The notes below the pieces were generated by a model. It saw only the letters and a list, made by a program, of their open reading frames with translations, was not told where the DNA came from and did not search any database. 64,000 nt of DNA. Origin: Octopus sinensis. Lineage: Eukaryota. Below, in pieces: positions 14,931 through 29,214 of the stretch. Position 1 is the stretch's first letter. Each line of letters begins with the position of its first letter. The stretch is from assembly GCF_006345805.1 (NCBI RefSeq), contig NC_043008.1:15004001-15068000 (forward strand), read 5' to 3'. A program made the translations under genes and the position numbers.

Positions 14931-15924
14931 ACGTATGTGTGTGTGTTTGCGTATGTGTGTGTATGTGTGTGTTTGTGTTTGTGATTGTACCCCACTACAA
15001 GGGACTCATAGCAGATGAAGCTCTTCAGCTTTTTAGCTGCTCATCAAAGGGAAAATAACTTCATATAAAATCCTGCACACAGTAATTCCTCGCCATATCA
15101 CGGCTCACCCATCGCGCACTCAGTACACGTAAATATATAAAATATATTTAGATATATATGTAAATTTATATCGCGGACTCCTCAGTATATCGCGAGTTTC
15201 TTCGGCCGATAAGTATTTATAATTTCTAGGTTTTAATTATTCCTGTGGGAGGTTTTGGTGCGTAGGACCCGTGATAATCGAAGTATTACTGTATTGGTAC
15301 CTACTGGGTATGTGACACTTGTTGCACCAGTCGAAAAAATATTTGAAAGACGGTAGAATTGGACTAGGGCAGCACAAACCGTATGCACAATAGCAATATT
15401 CATCGTGCCGTTTGTTCAACAGACCAAAACAGCAGCACCGACAAATATGGACTTTGTTTATAATTCCAGTGGCGATAGGTAAAGAGGCTGCGGGTAGAGG
15501 CAGAAGATGCTACTGGGGGGTCTTCACCTTTCACCCTGCACAAAAAGGACAATATGGTGATGTTCTTTTCCCTCCAGATCTGGGTTAGAAGTGGATTTGA
15601 CTCGTCTTGTTGAACAAACCTCATTCGCTGAAACGACGGGAGACCACTCTGCACGTTTGTGTATATACATATATAATACATACATACATACATACATACA
15701 TACATACATACATACATACATACATACCCACACACGCACACACACACATGCGCATATATATATATACGTGAGTGCACGTGTACCTGTGTGTGTATACGTA
15801 TATATATGCATACATGCACGCAAACACACACACACATATATATAGACATACATATACATATATTTACGTGTGTGCGTGTGCATGTGTGTGTGCGTGTATG
15901 TGTATATGTGTGTATCTATGTATA

Positions 15925-15969
<45 letters not shown>

Positions 15970-16629
15970 ATATGTATGTATGTGTATACAAATGCATACA
16001 CACATATATGTATGCATATACGTACACACGTATGGGTGTTTGTACACGTACACCATGGGATCTATCTTATTAGACGTATTCGATAAAAACGAATGCGTAG
16101 ATGCCCTATATTCATATGTTCACATGTATGCTTGTGTGCGCGTCTGTCTGTGTATGTGTCTATGTATGTGCGTGTGTTGGTGTATATATATATGTATGTA
16201 TGCCCAGTATTATAAACATCACAATCCGTTCGGTTGTTAGGGTGATGGCTTCCCGTTTGAAACAAAACTTCTAACAGCCTATTATAAAATACAATCTCCG
16301 TTTTCCCCGTTCTTCAGACTTTTTTAAAACTATTTGCAGGATCATGTCACAGCTGACATCTTCATTTACATAAAACTCGTTAGATTTGGCTATAAATACT
16401 TGTTTATTTCGATTGCTTCTTACTGTTTGTTTTTAACTTTACTCAGCCTTCAGAAGTGGAATTTATAACCTTGATCATGCCAACTTTTATGCTTCAGATA
16501 CTACACGGCTTGCATTTTCGTGGAGAATTTACGCTTCGCTGTCCTACGTCCTTGGAATTTTCAAACGGGGGTTCCGACTCTCTCTATTTCTATCTCTTAC
16601 CCTCTCTTACTCTCTCTTACTCACTCACT

Positions 16630-16679
<50 letters not shown>

Positions 16680-16714
<35 letters not shown>

Positions 16715-17053
16715 TGTATGTATGTATGTATGTATGTGTGTATGTATGTATGTATACATACACACCTACATACCTACATACATACATATATATATATATC
16801 TGCGTATGTGAGGCTATGTATATGTGTGTATGTGTGCGTGTATGTCTGGTGTATATATATATATATGTGTGTGTGTATATGTATATATTTCTTTATAATA
16901 CATACATACATATATATATGAATATACATACACACTGACAGACAGACAGACACACACACACACATATGTATATACAACCACATAGATGCATTTGTATATT
17001 TGTGTGCTTGTGAGAATATACATATATATATATATTCTCACAAGCATATTATA

Positions 17054-17089
<36 letters not shown>

Positions 17090-17418
17090 TGTGTGTATGT
17101 ATGTATGTATGTATGTGTGTATGTATGTATACATACACACCTACATACCTACATACATACATATATATATATATCTGCGTATGTGAGGCTATGTATATGT
17201 GTGTATGTGTGCGTGTATGTCTGGTGTATATATATATATATGTGTGTGTGTATATGTATATATTTCTTTATAATACATACATACATATATATATGAATAT
17301 ACATACACACTGACAGACAGACAGACACACACACACACATATGTATATACAACCACATAGATGCATTTGTATATTTGTGTGCTTGTGAGAATATACATAT
17401 ATATATATATTCTCACAA

Positions 17419-17430
<12 letters not shown>
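16680..17430. repeat. 375-bp tandem duplication of microsatellite-mosaic sequence
   Basis: Identical translated ORFs at 16774-16983 and 17149-17358 (offset 375). Unique anchors such as GTGAGGCTATG and CAACCACATAGATGC are repeated. Confidence 0.88.
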
Positions 17431-17454
<24 letters not shown>

Positions 17455-17635
17455 ATATATGCAATGAAGGAATGAAGGTTTTATAACGATGCCTCGGGTT
17501 TCCTCTCAATGGAGCGGTCCAATTGCCATTCTTTCACTCGGTGGTCATTAAATTGCAAGCCAAGACAAATGCTGTACTAAAATTTTATACGCAACCCAGT
17601 CATTAATTAATAATTCCAAAGAGACAAACGCATAT

Positions 17636-17671
<36 letters not shown>

Positions 17672-17974
17672 TCTCTCTCTCTCTCACAAACACATACTTG
17701 CACACACCAGGGTGCACCCGCTCGCACACTCAGATTCGATGACTGCTGCCATTAGACACGCACGAATAGCTAATAATTGCCGATGAGCGTTCCGAAATAT
17801 ATTTCGTTGTGGTACGTTGCAATGACCTGTATTTTGTTGTAGATGTTTTAACAGTTATAGATAGGGTGTAATTTGACCGTGATATGAGTGGCTCCCTGAC
17901 ATGCAGTTAAAAATTTGAGGGGAAATGGTAAAATATAATGTCATATGAGTAGTAATATAAGTAGCTGCAAAATG

Positions 17975-18733
17975 GCGGCACGCTGGCAGAAACGTTAGCA
18001 CGTCGGGCGAAATGCGTAGCTGTGTTTCGTCTGCCGTTACGTTCTGAGTTCAAATTCCGCCGAGGTCGACTTTGCTTCTCATCCCTTCGGGGTCGATAAA
18101 TTAAATACCAGTTACGCACTGGTGTCGATGTAATCGACTTAATACCTATGTCTGTCCATGTTTGTCCCCTCTGTGTTTAGCTCCTTGTGGGTAATAAAGA
18201 AATAGGTATTTCGTCTGCCGCTACGTTCTGAGTTCAAATTCCGCCGAGGTCGACTTTGCTTCTCATCCCTTCGGGGTCGATAAATTAAGTACCAGTTACG
18301 CACTGCGGTCGATGTAATCGACTTAATACCTATGTCTGTCCTTGTTTGTCCCCTCTATGTTTAGCTCCTTGTGGGTAATAAAGAAATAGGTATTTCGTCT
18401 GCCGCTACGTTCTGAGTTCAAATTCCGCCGAAATCGACTTTGCTTCTCATCCCTTCGGGGTCGATAAATTAAGTACCAGTTACGCACTGCGGTCGATGTA
18501 ATCGACTTAATACCTATGTCTGTCCTTGTTTGTCCCCTCTATGTTTAGCTCCTTGTGGGTAATAAAGAAATAGGTATTTCGTCTGCCGCTACGTTCTGAG
18601 TTAAAATTCCGCCGAGGTCGACTTTGCTTCTCATCCTTTCGGGGTCGATAAATTAAGTACCAGTTACGCACTGGGGTCGGTGTAATCGACTTAATCCCTT
18701 TGTCTGTCCTTGTTTGTCTCCTCTATGTTTAGG
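17975..18733 (+). mobile_element. SINE family-1 tandem array, four units, period 184 bp
   Basis: Tail-GGTATTTCG junctions at 18205, 18389 and 18573. All four units share the private variant GACTTTGCTTCTCATCC. Confidence 0.92.
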
Positions 18734-19489
18734 GTTTGATCTTAGAATATATAGACGGACGAAATGCCGTTAAGCATTTTGTTCGGCGCACTGGTGATCC
18801 TCTCAGGTCGTTGCTATTGTGTGATGAGATTTTAATGCCGAAGCCTTGTTCTGTTGTTTCCTGCCTGTTTATAGACTGTAATTGTCTCAGAGGCTACTTA
18901 GAGGGTCTTACTGTTTTGGATCCCTTTATGTCTCGCTCAAATCTGATCTGGGGTTGATCCAGTCTCAAGTCGCACGTTCGGGGTATATCTTACACTTCCC
19001 GCTGATGCCGCCCCACGATCTCTGTGATAGTTTGGATTGTATTTAAACGCTGCCCATGTCGACAAAACACTTTCACGTCTGCAGTCGAATAATTTTGTAC
19101 CCCTTTCTTGAATACCACCGGCCGATGTTTGTGTTTATGAGCGAAACACCTAAGCTCCACGCGGCTCCGGCAGAGGGTAATGGCGAACTTCTGCTGACTA
19201 TTTGGCCTCAACTTCCACTCTTTCCTCCTGCATCTTGCAGTTCACCTGCGACGGACCGGTGTCCCGTCCAGGTGGGGAACCTATACACCAAGGAAACCGG
19301 GAAACCGGCCCTAACTAGCCAGGCGTGGCTCGAGAAGGAACAAACTTCTTGTATACCACGAAAATAGTTGAGCAAAGAGCAAAGGTTCTTCTGTAATGTG
19401 GCAGATTGATGCTTTTCAGAGGTAATGTTAAGGAATAGAATAGCTAAGATTTGAACGTGGAATGGAAAATTTGGGGTATTCAGTAAGGT

Positions 19490-19546
<57 letters not shown>

Positions 19547-20161
19547 AACTGCTTATTGATAAGGAGGAAAGACAGAAATATCGCGACAGAAATATGTTTA
19601 ATGTTTTACAGTTTGAAGGTTTTGCGTATAGGGGAAGTTGAGAAGCTTTTTTCTCTTTTACTGAGAATAAATTCTTTTGTCGAGAATGGATACTCCGGTA
19701 GTTTCTTACACAAGCACCTAATACACATTCTCACACATATTCACACAAACACTATGTGTGAGAGTGTGTGTAGACGCACAAACACTAACAAACTCTCACT
19801 ACACACACACAAACACATACACACACTCGCCTACAAAGGCGCAAACTCGCACACACAATCCACATATATACAAGCGCACTTTCGCACACACACAGTTACA
19901 CATACACTTACTTAGTTTACATGCACATAAATAATAAATCATAGAATTTATTTTTCTACTTTGTCAATCTTTTCAAATTATTCTCTTCGCTCCCACTTGT
20001 TTTTTTCACGCCAAACACACGCAAACACACATTACAAATAGACATTCAACTCCGAAGAATATACGCACATGTTTCCCATGCAAATATGCACTTATACACA
20101 CTTAAACTCTTTCATAAATTTCTACAAACACACACAGACCCGTGCACACACATGCGCCCAC

Positions 20162-20277
<116 letters not shown>

Positions 20278-20719
20278 ATATGCGCAAACATTTACACACA
20301 CAGATGTACGCATTGCAACAAAATTTGAATATTTGCATCTTCATTTATTTAATTTTCAGTGTGCATATTATCTTCAAATTCTATCATCCATCAACTTAAG
20401 TCATTTTTATTCTGTGACAATTTTGCATTGTTTCATTCCTAATTTCAATCACGTTTAAATAAAATTCAATTGTAACACAAGTGTACTGGCGCAGGTATGA
20501 CTGTGTGGTGAAGAAATTTTCCTCGAAGTCACAGAGTATCGTGTTCGACTCGCAATTGCGTAGGAGTGGCTGTGTGGTAAGTAGCTTGCTTACCGACCAC
20601 ATGGTTTCGGGTTCAGTCCCACTGCGTGGCATCTTAGGCAAGTGTCTTCTACTATAGCCTCGGGCTGACCAAACCCTTGTGAGTGGATTTGGTAGATGGA
20701 AACTGAAAGAAGCCCGTCG

Positions 20720-20896
20720 TGATAGATCGTTAGCCACTACACACATTTTTTTCTCTTCTTGTTTTTTCTGTGTCCTTTTCTGTAGAAGAGCGTAGGCTCG
20801 AAACGTAAAATACTTTTTCTATTCCTCAGCGTCATACTAATACATCTGTTTGTTTTGTACACCACCTGCCTTCGTCTTTTGTTTTTTCGTAAACTC

Positions 20897-20900
<4 letters not shown>
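20720..20900 (+). mobile_element. Penelope-type pLTR-like non-autonomous repeat, family H2
   Basis: Begins TGATAGATCGTTAGC, carries a hammerhead-like motif and ends at (TA)n. A second copy lies at about 4985-5180 (-). Confidence 0.72.
20776..20811 (+). ncRNA. Hammerhead-like motif with an A6U core variant
   Basis: TTTT-CTGTAGA-A-GAGC-GTAG-GCTC-GAAA-CG-TA^AAAT. Same repeat family as 4985-5180. Confidence 0.58.
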
Positions 20901-20957
<57 letters not shown>

Positions 20958-21441
20958 TATATATGTATGTGTGTGTATATGTTTGTGTGTCTATGTTTGT
21001 CCCCTCAACATCGCTTGACAACCGATGGTGGTGTGTTTACGTCCTCGTAACTTAGCGGTTCGTCAAAAGAAACCGACAGAATAAGTACTACGCTTACAAA
21101 GAATAAGTCCTGGGGTCGATTTCTTCGACTAAAGGTGGTGCTCCAGCATGACCGCAGTCCAATGACTGAAACAGGTAAAAGAGAGAGAGTAAGTGCGGCA
21201 TCTTCGGCAATTGTTTTCTGTCATAGTTCCAAGTTGTTCGATGCATTATCTGAGTACCATCGTGACTTAGTGGAGACAAACGCATCCGTCGGTCAATGCA
21301 ATGTAGATATACATCAACTTACGGTGGTAAATGATTCCAAGACATGTGACTAAATTGCAAAACGACATAACATGAAAAAAATTAAAAGTTAGAAGAAATT
21401 TAATAACATATCTCTGTTTTGATAAATGGTTTATATAAGGT

Positions 21442-22253
21442 TAAGGCAGCGAGCTGGCAGAAGCGTTAGCGCGCCGGGCTAAATGCTTAGCAGTATTTCT
21501 TTTGCTGAGAATGGATACTCTGAGTTCAAATTTCGCCGAGGTTGACTTTGCCTTTCATCCTTTCAGGGTCAATAAATTAAGTACCAGTTACGCACTGGAG
21601 TCGATATGGTCGACTTAATCCGTTTGTCTGTTCTTGTTTTTCTCCTCTGTGTTTAGCCCCTTGTGGGTAGTAAAGAAATAGAAACAGGTATTTCGTCTGC
21701 CGTTACGTTCTGAGTTCAAATTCGCCGAGGTCGACTTTGCCTTTCATCCTTTCAGGGTCGATTAAATAAGTACCAGTCACGCACTGGGGTCGATATAATC
21801 GACTTAATACCTATGTCTGTCCTTGTTTGTCCTCTCTGTGTTTAGCCCCTTGTGGGTAGTAAAGAAATAGGTATTTCGTCTGCCGTTACGTTCTGAGTTC
21901 AAATTCCGCCGAGGTCGACTTTGCCTTATATCCTTTCGGGGTCGATGAATTAAGTACCAGTTACGCACTGGTGTCGATGTAATCGACTTAACCCCTTTGT
22001 CTATCCTTGTGTGTTCCCCCCTATGTTTAGCTCCTTGTGGGCAGTAAAGAAATAAGAAGCATTAGCACGCCGGGCAAATTGCTTAGCAGTATTTCGTCTG
22101 CCGCTACGTTCTGAGTTCAAATTCTGCTGAGGTCAACTTTGCCTTTGATTCTTTCGGGGGTTGATAAATTAAGTAACAGTTGCGTACTCGGGTCGATCTA
22201 ATCGACTGGCCCCTCCCACCAAATTTCGGGTCTTGTTCCTAGAGTAGACAAGA
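21442..22253 (+). mobile_element. SINE family-1 array: three tail-B units followed by a tail-A end
   Basis: Junctions at 21687, 21870 and 22055. Flanked by the 16-bp direct repeat ATAAATGGTTTATATA (21422-21437 and 22254-22269). Confidence 0.9.
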
Positions 22254-22284
22254 ATAAATGGTTTATATATATTTTCATGTTGAA

Positions 22285-22590
22285 GGTGCATGGCTCAGTA
22301 GTTAGAGTGTCGGGCTCACAATCATGAGGTAGTAAGTTCGATTCCCAGACCGGGCCGTGTGTTGCTCCTGTTTATTTGACTCTAGAAATGAGTTGTGATA
22401 TCACTGGTGCCAAGCTGTATCGGCCTTTGCCTTTCCCTTGGACAACATTGGTGGTGTGGAGAGGCGAGTCTGGTATGCATGGGCGACTGCTGGTCTTCAC
22501 AAACAACCTTGCCCGGACTTGTGTCTCGAAGGAGAACTTTCTAAGTTCAATTCCATGGTCATTCATGACCGAAGTGAGGGCTTTACCTTT
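22285..22590 (+). mobile_element. tRNA-derived SINE family 4
   Basis: Head GGTGCATGGCTCAGTAGTTAGAGTGTCGGGCTCAC...GTTCGATTCCCAGACCGGG, with a distinct body and tail ending CATGACCGAAGTGAGGGCTTTACCTTT. Confidence 0.7.
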
Positions 22591-23033
22591 ATATATATAT
22601 TTTCATATATATTTTATCTTATTTTCCCACTTCGGTACTGGATTTTAAGTGTATTTATATCATTTAAATATTTTTATGCTTTTAAATATATTCGCTGAGA
22701 TAGACATGGAGGATAAATGAAGTGATGTTAAGGTTTATTTTTATTTCATTAATTTCTTGAAAGAAGAAAAACGAATGTAAAATAAGAATAAGACGTAAAA
22801 AGAGAAAAAATAAACGTAAAAATGAAAAAAAAAAAAACGTTGAGTGAAACGACGATAAGTTGAGATACGCCTGTATATGTAAGTTAACACTTGCTGACGA
22901 CAGAAGGTTTGTTGACAGAATGACCGATTGCAACATGGAGATAATCTGGACGTTGAATGTAGAAGTGGAGAAAAGCGGTTTTCTGGAGAACATTTAGGTC
23001 GGACATACACACATACACACATAACTATGTACG

Positions 23034-23476
<443 letters not shown>

Positions 23477-23477
23477 G

Positions 23478-23895
23478 GTACTACCTCCCTATGCGACATG
23501 ACGTTGTTGCAAAAACAATACATAATGCCATTCGGAAAAAAAGACTGTTCTGGAATAAATATTGAGAATCCCCCTGTTTTGAATACGTACACAAATACTA
23601 ACACAAGGAATATTGGAGGAACATTCCCATTTGTCAAGTGTAAACATAACAGGTCGGATATCGTTCGACACAGACAAAAATAAATAGTACCATCATAGAG
23701 GTGACCTGCTGATGTGACTATCTCTTTGAAAATCAAAGAGAAAGAAGATCACTATGGACAACAGTTTCGAAACCGCCAGCTTCTGTATCCGGATTACAAA
23801 TTTACATTTATACCAATAATAATTGGGGCATTTGGTTTTGTAAGTAAATGCCTGTCAGTTTGGATAAGCTTGGGTTTTCAGAAAAAGAAATCAAC
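23478..23895 (+). pseudogene. RLE-type non-LTR retrotransposon 3' fragment (R4/Dong/NeSL-like)
   Basis: [12 protein letters not shown]...KHNRSDIV...IIEVTC...KEKEDHY...FIPIIIGAFG, i.e. RHD and degenerate PD-(D/E)xK motifs with frameshifts. Confidence 0.72.
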
Positions 23896-24179
23896 TAAAT
23901 TGGCGGTGCCCCAGCATGGCCACAGCTCGTGAGCTGAAACTAAATAAAATAAAACAAAATAAAATAAATAAATTATTCGTACATTACAAATGCAATTTGT
24001 TAGCGGGAGTAAAACTATGCAAGACATTTCTCAGGTTTAAAATGTGACATTGTTTTGGTTGTCTACATTCCAAAGATAAAGCTTTGTATCTTTGTTAGAA
24101 ACCAGCCCCTTTTTCAGAGGAAGAATTTAAATGATTTAATACAGAAGAGACATACATACATACAAGCTTGCTACATACA

Positions 24180-24211
<32 letters not shown>

Positions 24212-24240
24212 CACACACATACATAGGTGTGTGTGTATGT

Positions 24241-24295
<55 letters not shown>

Positions 24296-25135
24296 CATAT
24301 ATGCATACATATACACACATAACAATGTAGGTATAGTGTTTATTTAAATATTACATTTTAAATATTTATTTCCTATTTAATAGTCGAGATAAATAGTTAT
24401 AGCTCCCACAGCACTGCCATTAATGTAACTAATCACATGATATTTCTAAAACTGCAAACAATTATAGGAATTTAAATTATTACATTCATGTCTGGGACTA
24501 AGAAACGGCCTATGTTGCCAATTTGGTTGGTTGGGAACCTGCCAGCAAAAGCCAAAGGGCTACTGACAAAAATAATAGAGTTTGTATGCATGATGAGCGA
24601 GTTGCACTCTGGTTGGTTAAAGTTAGTACCATCCTAGCATCGAGAATGACACTTAACTCTCAATGTCGCTAATAATTGAACATTTAATAGATGCCATTGA
24701 AAAATAAAGTTTGATACTAAACCGAGTGAAATCAATACGTTTATAGCAAGTCGTTGGTAAAATATACATCTAAAAGTGAAAGAGATGAGTGATGCAGGAA
24801 TGAAATTAATGATAGAATCTCTTAGGAAATTAACTTCGAGTTTCCTGAAAGATCTGCCTCTCACTGAAATTTTAAGCTTAGATATTTCTTTCTGAATTAT
24901 TAAATTCCATAATGCGCATGCTCAATTCCGGTTTGTGTTTTTCTAAACCGATGAAAGATAAGGCTGGTCTTAATTGTGATCGGCTTCAATAAAAGCTGGT
25001 CTAACGTGGCAGGAATTATATTAAAATATACAAGTCTTCAAAATATTTATTTGCTTCATAGTGTTGCTGCTACTTTTGCTGTCCGTACTTCTATGATACG
25101 TACTTCAAACAAAGGACAGACGATGTTGGGAAATA

Positions 25136-25691
25136 TTGGGTTGTCCGGAAAGTTCGTGCCGATTTATAGAAGCTTACATTTCGACTTATTTTAGAACATG
25201 GTTGAGTCTATAAAATAGTATTTGACTACACCTCCATTTAGAGCAGAGTTTAAGCTATCTTTTCGGGGAAGAAGTTTTATGTTCCTATAACCTGTGTTAA
25301 TTCTGTAACCCTTTAACATGAAAGATAAGAAAGTTCATTTTCGGCTCTTGATGCTTGGGAACCAGACAAAAATTGCTGCAGCTCGGCTTGGATGTGTTAC
25401 CCCACCCTCCATATTCACCAGATATTGCTCCTTCAGATTTCCACTTATTCAGGTCTCTGCAGAATAGTCTTAATGGTAAAAATTTCAGTTCCTTGGATGA
25501 CGTAAAATGATACCTTGATGAATTCTTAGCCATGAAACCACCTCAATTCTGGGAAGAGGGTATTTTCAAGTTAAAGGAAAGATGGAGACGCATTGTGCAA
25601 CAAAATGGTTCATATTAAAAATGTAATGACAAGTATTTATTGACCATTTTCTTTCCTTTAAAAATCGGCACGAACTTTCCGGACAACCCAA
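25136..25691 (+). mobile_element. Internally deleted mariner DNA transposon
   Basis: Perfect 30-bp TIRs TTGGGTTGTCCGGAAAGTTCGTGCCGATTT with TA flanks (25134-35 and 25692-93). Encodes HPPYSPDIAPSDFHLFRSLQN...ERWRRIVQQNGSY. Confidence 0.93.
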
Positions 25692-26132
25692 TAATTGAGT
25701 TGGTAATTAACACAACACTGTGAGAGTGTATGGTACGCTAGGCACTCGGATTTCGCCTCTGCCGAAATCTTGTGTGAGCGTATATGCACATTCTCTAATT
25801 ATACAGCTTAGACACCAAGAATGTAAGTCATAAAAATTACGAGCTAATCCTCAAACAGATATATACTGACATTTGTTGCAACATCGGGAAATATGTGTCA
25901 AAATTGTATGCCTTCACCTGTCTTCACAGATGCAGGCATATTTCCAAAGCGAATACAATTAATAATATAGAAGTCTAATTCACACAACTGTAAATAGAAA
26001 ACATGGGTAGCGGTGTGACGCAAGTTATTTAGTTCGACTGTAGAGCTCGGTTCAAATTGATCAGGGCACTTGGAAAAGGAAAGGGGAAAATCCTTGTGTT
26101 AATAAATCGAGTGTGTTATGAACACATATTCT

Positions 26133-26682
26133 ATTTCTTTACAAGCCACAAGGGGCTAAACACAGAGAGGACAAACAAGGACAGACAAACGGATTAAGTC
26201 GATTATATCGACCCTAGTGCGTAACTGGTACTTAATTCATCGACCCCGAAAGATGAAAGGCAAAGTCGACCTCGGCCGAATTTGAACTCAGAACGTAGCG
26301 GCAGAAGAAATACCTATTTCTTTACTACCCACAAGGGGCTAAACACAGAGAGGACAAACAAGGACAGACACACGGATTAAGTTGATTACATTGAGACCAG
26401 TGCATAACTGGTACTTAATTTATCGACCCCGAAAGGATGAAAGGCAAAGTCGACCTCAGCGGAATTTGAGCTCAGAACATAGCGGCAGACGAAATACCGC
26501 GAAGCATTTCGCCCGGCGTGCTAACGATTCTGCCAGCTCGCCGCCTTCTTATTTAATGGAGCCCCGAAAGGATGAAAGGCAAAGTCGACCTCGGCGGAAT
26601 TTGAACTCAGAACGCAGCGGCGGGCGAAATACCACAAAGCATTTCGCCCGGCGTGATAACGTTTCTGCCAGCTCGCCGCCTT
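26133..26682 (-). mobile_element. SINE family-1 cluster: a dimer plus a partial copy
   Basis: Reverse-strand units with a tail-GGTATTTC junction at about 26314 and a second head at about 26560-26682. Confidence 0.85.
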
Positions 26683-27587
26683 ATGAACACATATTCGTCT
26701 TAAAGAAGTTGTTCTCATGGGACGAAAGACGACAATGATTAGCTTAGCTTATTCAAGTTCGAATCTACCAGAAAGTATTAAAAACAAATATGCAAGTCAT
26801 CGCTTTCATTCTTTCTGTTCATCATGGCGGTTTAACGAATCACAAGACAGCTTTTTCAGTGGCTGAAGCCAGTGATGCTTCAGGTTACGGAACAATATTT
26901 TGTTATTCACCTTGCGTGTTCTCGACTGTTTTACAGCTTAGGAAGTTTCAGTTTTCTCGAAATAGTTCAATGTTTAAATGATACGATATCACATTAAGTT
27001 TAGTCTCCAAATGATTATAAATATCGAAAATAAAAATTAAAAAGCAGAACGAGAAAATACATTTCAAACTATAAAAATAAAATAATTTTTTGAGTAACTC
27101 TCATAATTCGATGACACTTCATTAAAATTTATTTAAATTTTATTAAATCAATTGCTGAAACTTTCCCCTTTTCCTAATGGGAAATCTTAGAATCGTCTTA
27201 CAATGAACAGCCTACAGTTGTTTTTAATCAATTCGACAGCTGAAGTTCTATAAAAATCTACGGTTGTTAGTCGGAGTCTCTAGTAGGAGAGTGGAGCTAC
27301 AATATACGCGCCATATCTTCATTACATTTTTCTAATTTAATTCCTTATTACACTGAGCGGCTATAATATTTTCTACGCTTCTTGTTATTTATTATTTTTA
27401 ATGAAACGTGTCAATAAATAAACGATTACTTGAAATGTATAAAATAACTGTTAAATATTGCTGCACAGGACATTAAAATCCAACACGGGATGTGTTTTGA
27501 ATATGCCGCAAGCTGTACGTGATGTGAATCATTAAAACACTGTTTATTTATATTTCAGCAAGGAACACACACCACAAACACGCAAAC

Positions 27588-27649
<62 letters not shown>

Positions 27650-28034
27650 ACCCAGCGAAAATGAAACAAAAAAAGCGACAAGTCAATAATTAGCAAAACA
27701 CACCAAATACCACGAAAGAAATTCAAATGGCAATGGCGCAAAAATCATAAACCAAGCTAATGGAAAATTTAACGGAGAATTAAAAAAGGAAAAAAACAAA
27801 GAAAAAATATTATTTAACCTTAAAACGGAGTTCACCTTAAAGGGTACTTATGTTAAACTCTTCATTACAAACATAAACATATTCCTTTTTTGGATAACCC
27901 CGTCAAGAAAATTTCATTTCGTCTTCCCGGTATTTAATTGACTAATAAATTATGGCGTACGGTTTAAATCGTTGCCTTGTTTCTATTTCAGCGAATCTCC
28001 GTAGAAGAAAGCTTCGTAGAAAGTATTAAAGTAT

Positions 28035-28452
28035 GGCGGCTAGCTGGCAGAAACGTTAGCACGCCGCGCGAAATGCTTATCAGTATTTCGTCTGCCGTCA
28101 CGTTCTGAGTTCAAATTCCGCCGAGGTCGACTTTGTCTTTCATCCTTTCGGGGTTGATAAATTAAATACCAGTTTCGCACTGGGGTCGATATAATCGACT
28201 TAATACCTATGTCTGTCCTTGTTTGTCCCCTCTGTGTTTAGCCCCTTGTGGGTAATAAAGAAATAGGTATTTTGTCTGCCGTTACGTTCTGAATTCAAAT
28301 TCCGCCGAGGTCGACTTTGCCTTTCATCCTTTCGGGGTCGATAAATTAAGTACCAGTTACGCACTGGTGTCAATTTAATCAACTTAATCCCTTTGTCTGT
28401 CCTTGTTTGTCCCCCCTATGTTTAGCCCCTTGTGAGTAATAAAGAAATAAGA
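28035..28452 (+). mobile_element. SINE family-1 dimer
   Basis: Head, unit, tail-GGTATTTTGTCTGCCG junction at 28266, then a second unit ending AATAAAGAAATAAGAA. Confidence 0.88.
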
Positions 28453-29214
28453 AAATATGAAACCACTTGTTTAAAACCTATTACACAACTACACTAATGT
28501 GGTGAGCATATCTATTTATAGAGAAACGGCAGCCCGCGGGACTTTCCGAATGGCACGCCTAACGAAAATTTAACTTGAATATTTTAGGAGTGCAATCCGT
28601 TTGATGACGAACTAGGTCTCATGTGGCCCGCTTTAAAAAAAAAAAAAAAAAGAGAAAAAAGAAGGTTGATTCATGTCTGAACTAGATACTTTTAAATTGA
28701 CCTTAACTATAATCTTCTTGATCCGAAATGGAAGTTCTTCAGTATCTTGCAAATACTTACAGCACTTTAGATTCACATGACATAGACTGCACAAGATCGA
28801 ATAAATGAAAAGGATCTAACCGAGGGATCGGTATTTCGATTTGCTAGAGATAACAGCCAATTTTTTTCTCAGTTCACATGTTACTGTCGAGAAGAAAATA
28901 TGACTTTAGGTAATGCAATTTTCCACGCATTGTGTATAGAACATAAAAGATACGGTGTCTTTGATCGTGTGTTTTTGATCGAATGGCTTTGATCATGCGT
29001 TTGTTCAATAAAAGCCAACCGCGGATTAAACAAAAACACGAAGAAGAAAACAACATGCAACAAGAAAAAAAGAAGAGAAAATAAAAGGCTTCAAAAGCAG
29101 ATCAGATGTATTTGATAGAATTGCTTGCTTTCATTGCTGCCAAAGTCCACCGAAATAAGCCAGTTATGTTGCATTGCTGTGTTACGTAAGTTACAACTGC
29201 TGTTAGCAACACTA

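Noticed and set aside
17975-18733. CRISPR-like regularly spaced repeats (also 21442-22253 and 38307-38861)
   Set aside because: The units are whole 184-185-bp SINE bodies with no unique spacers, the DNA is eukaryotic, and there are no cas genes.
21323-21349. 27-nt minus-strand micro-exon (…GCAATTTAG / TCACATG…ACCACC / GTAAGT)
   Set aside because: The splice signals are good, but such matches are expected by chance in 64 kb and no coherent gene model supports it.
28520-28680. hAT-like MITE ends (also 48216-48441)
   Set aside because: Only partial resemblance to hAT termini. I could not confirm paired TIRs or an 8-bp TSD.
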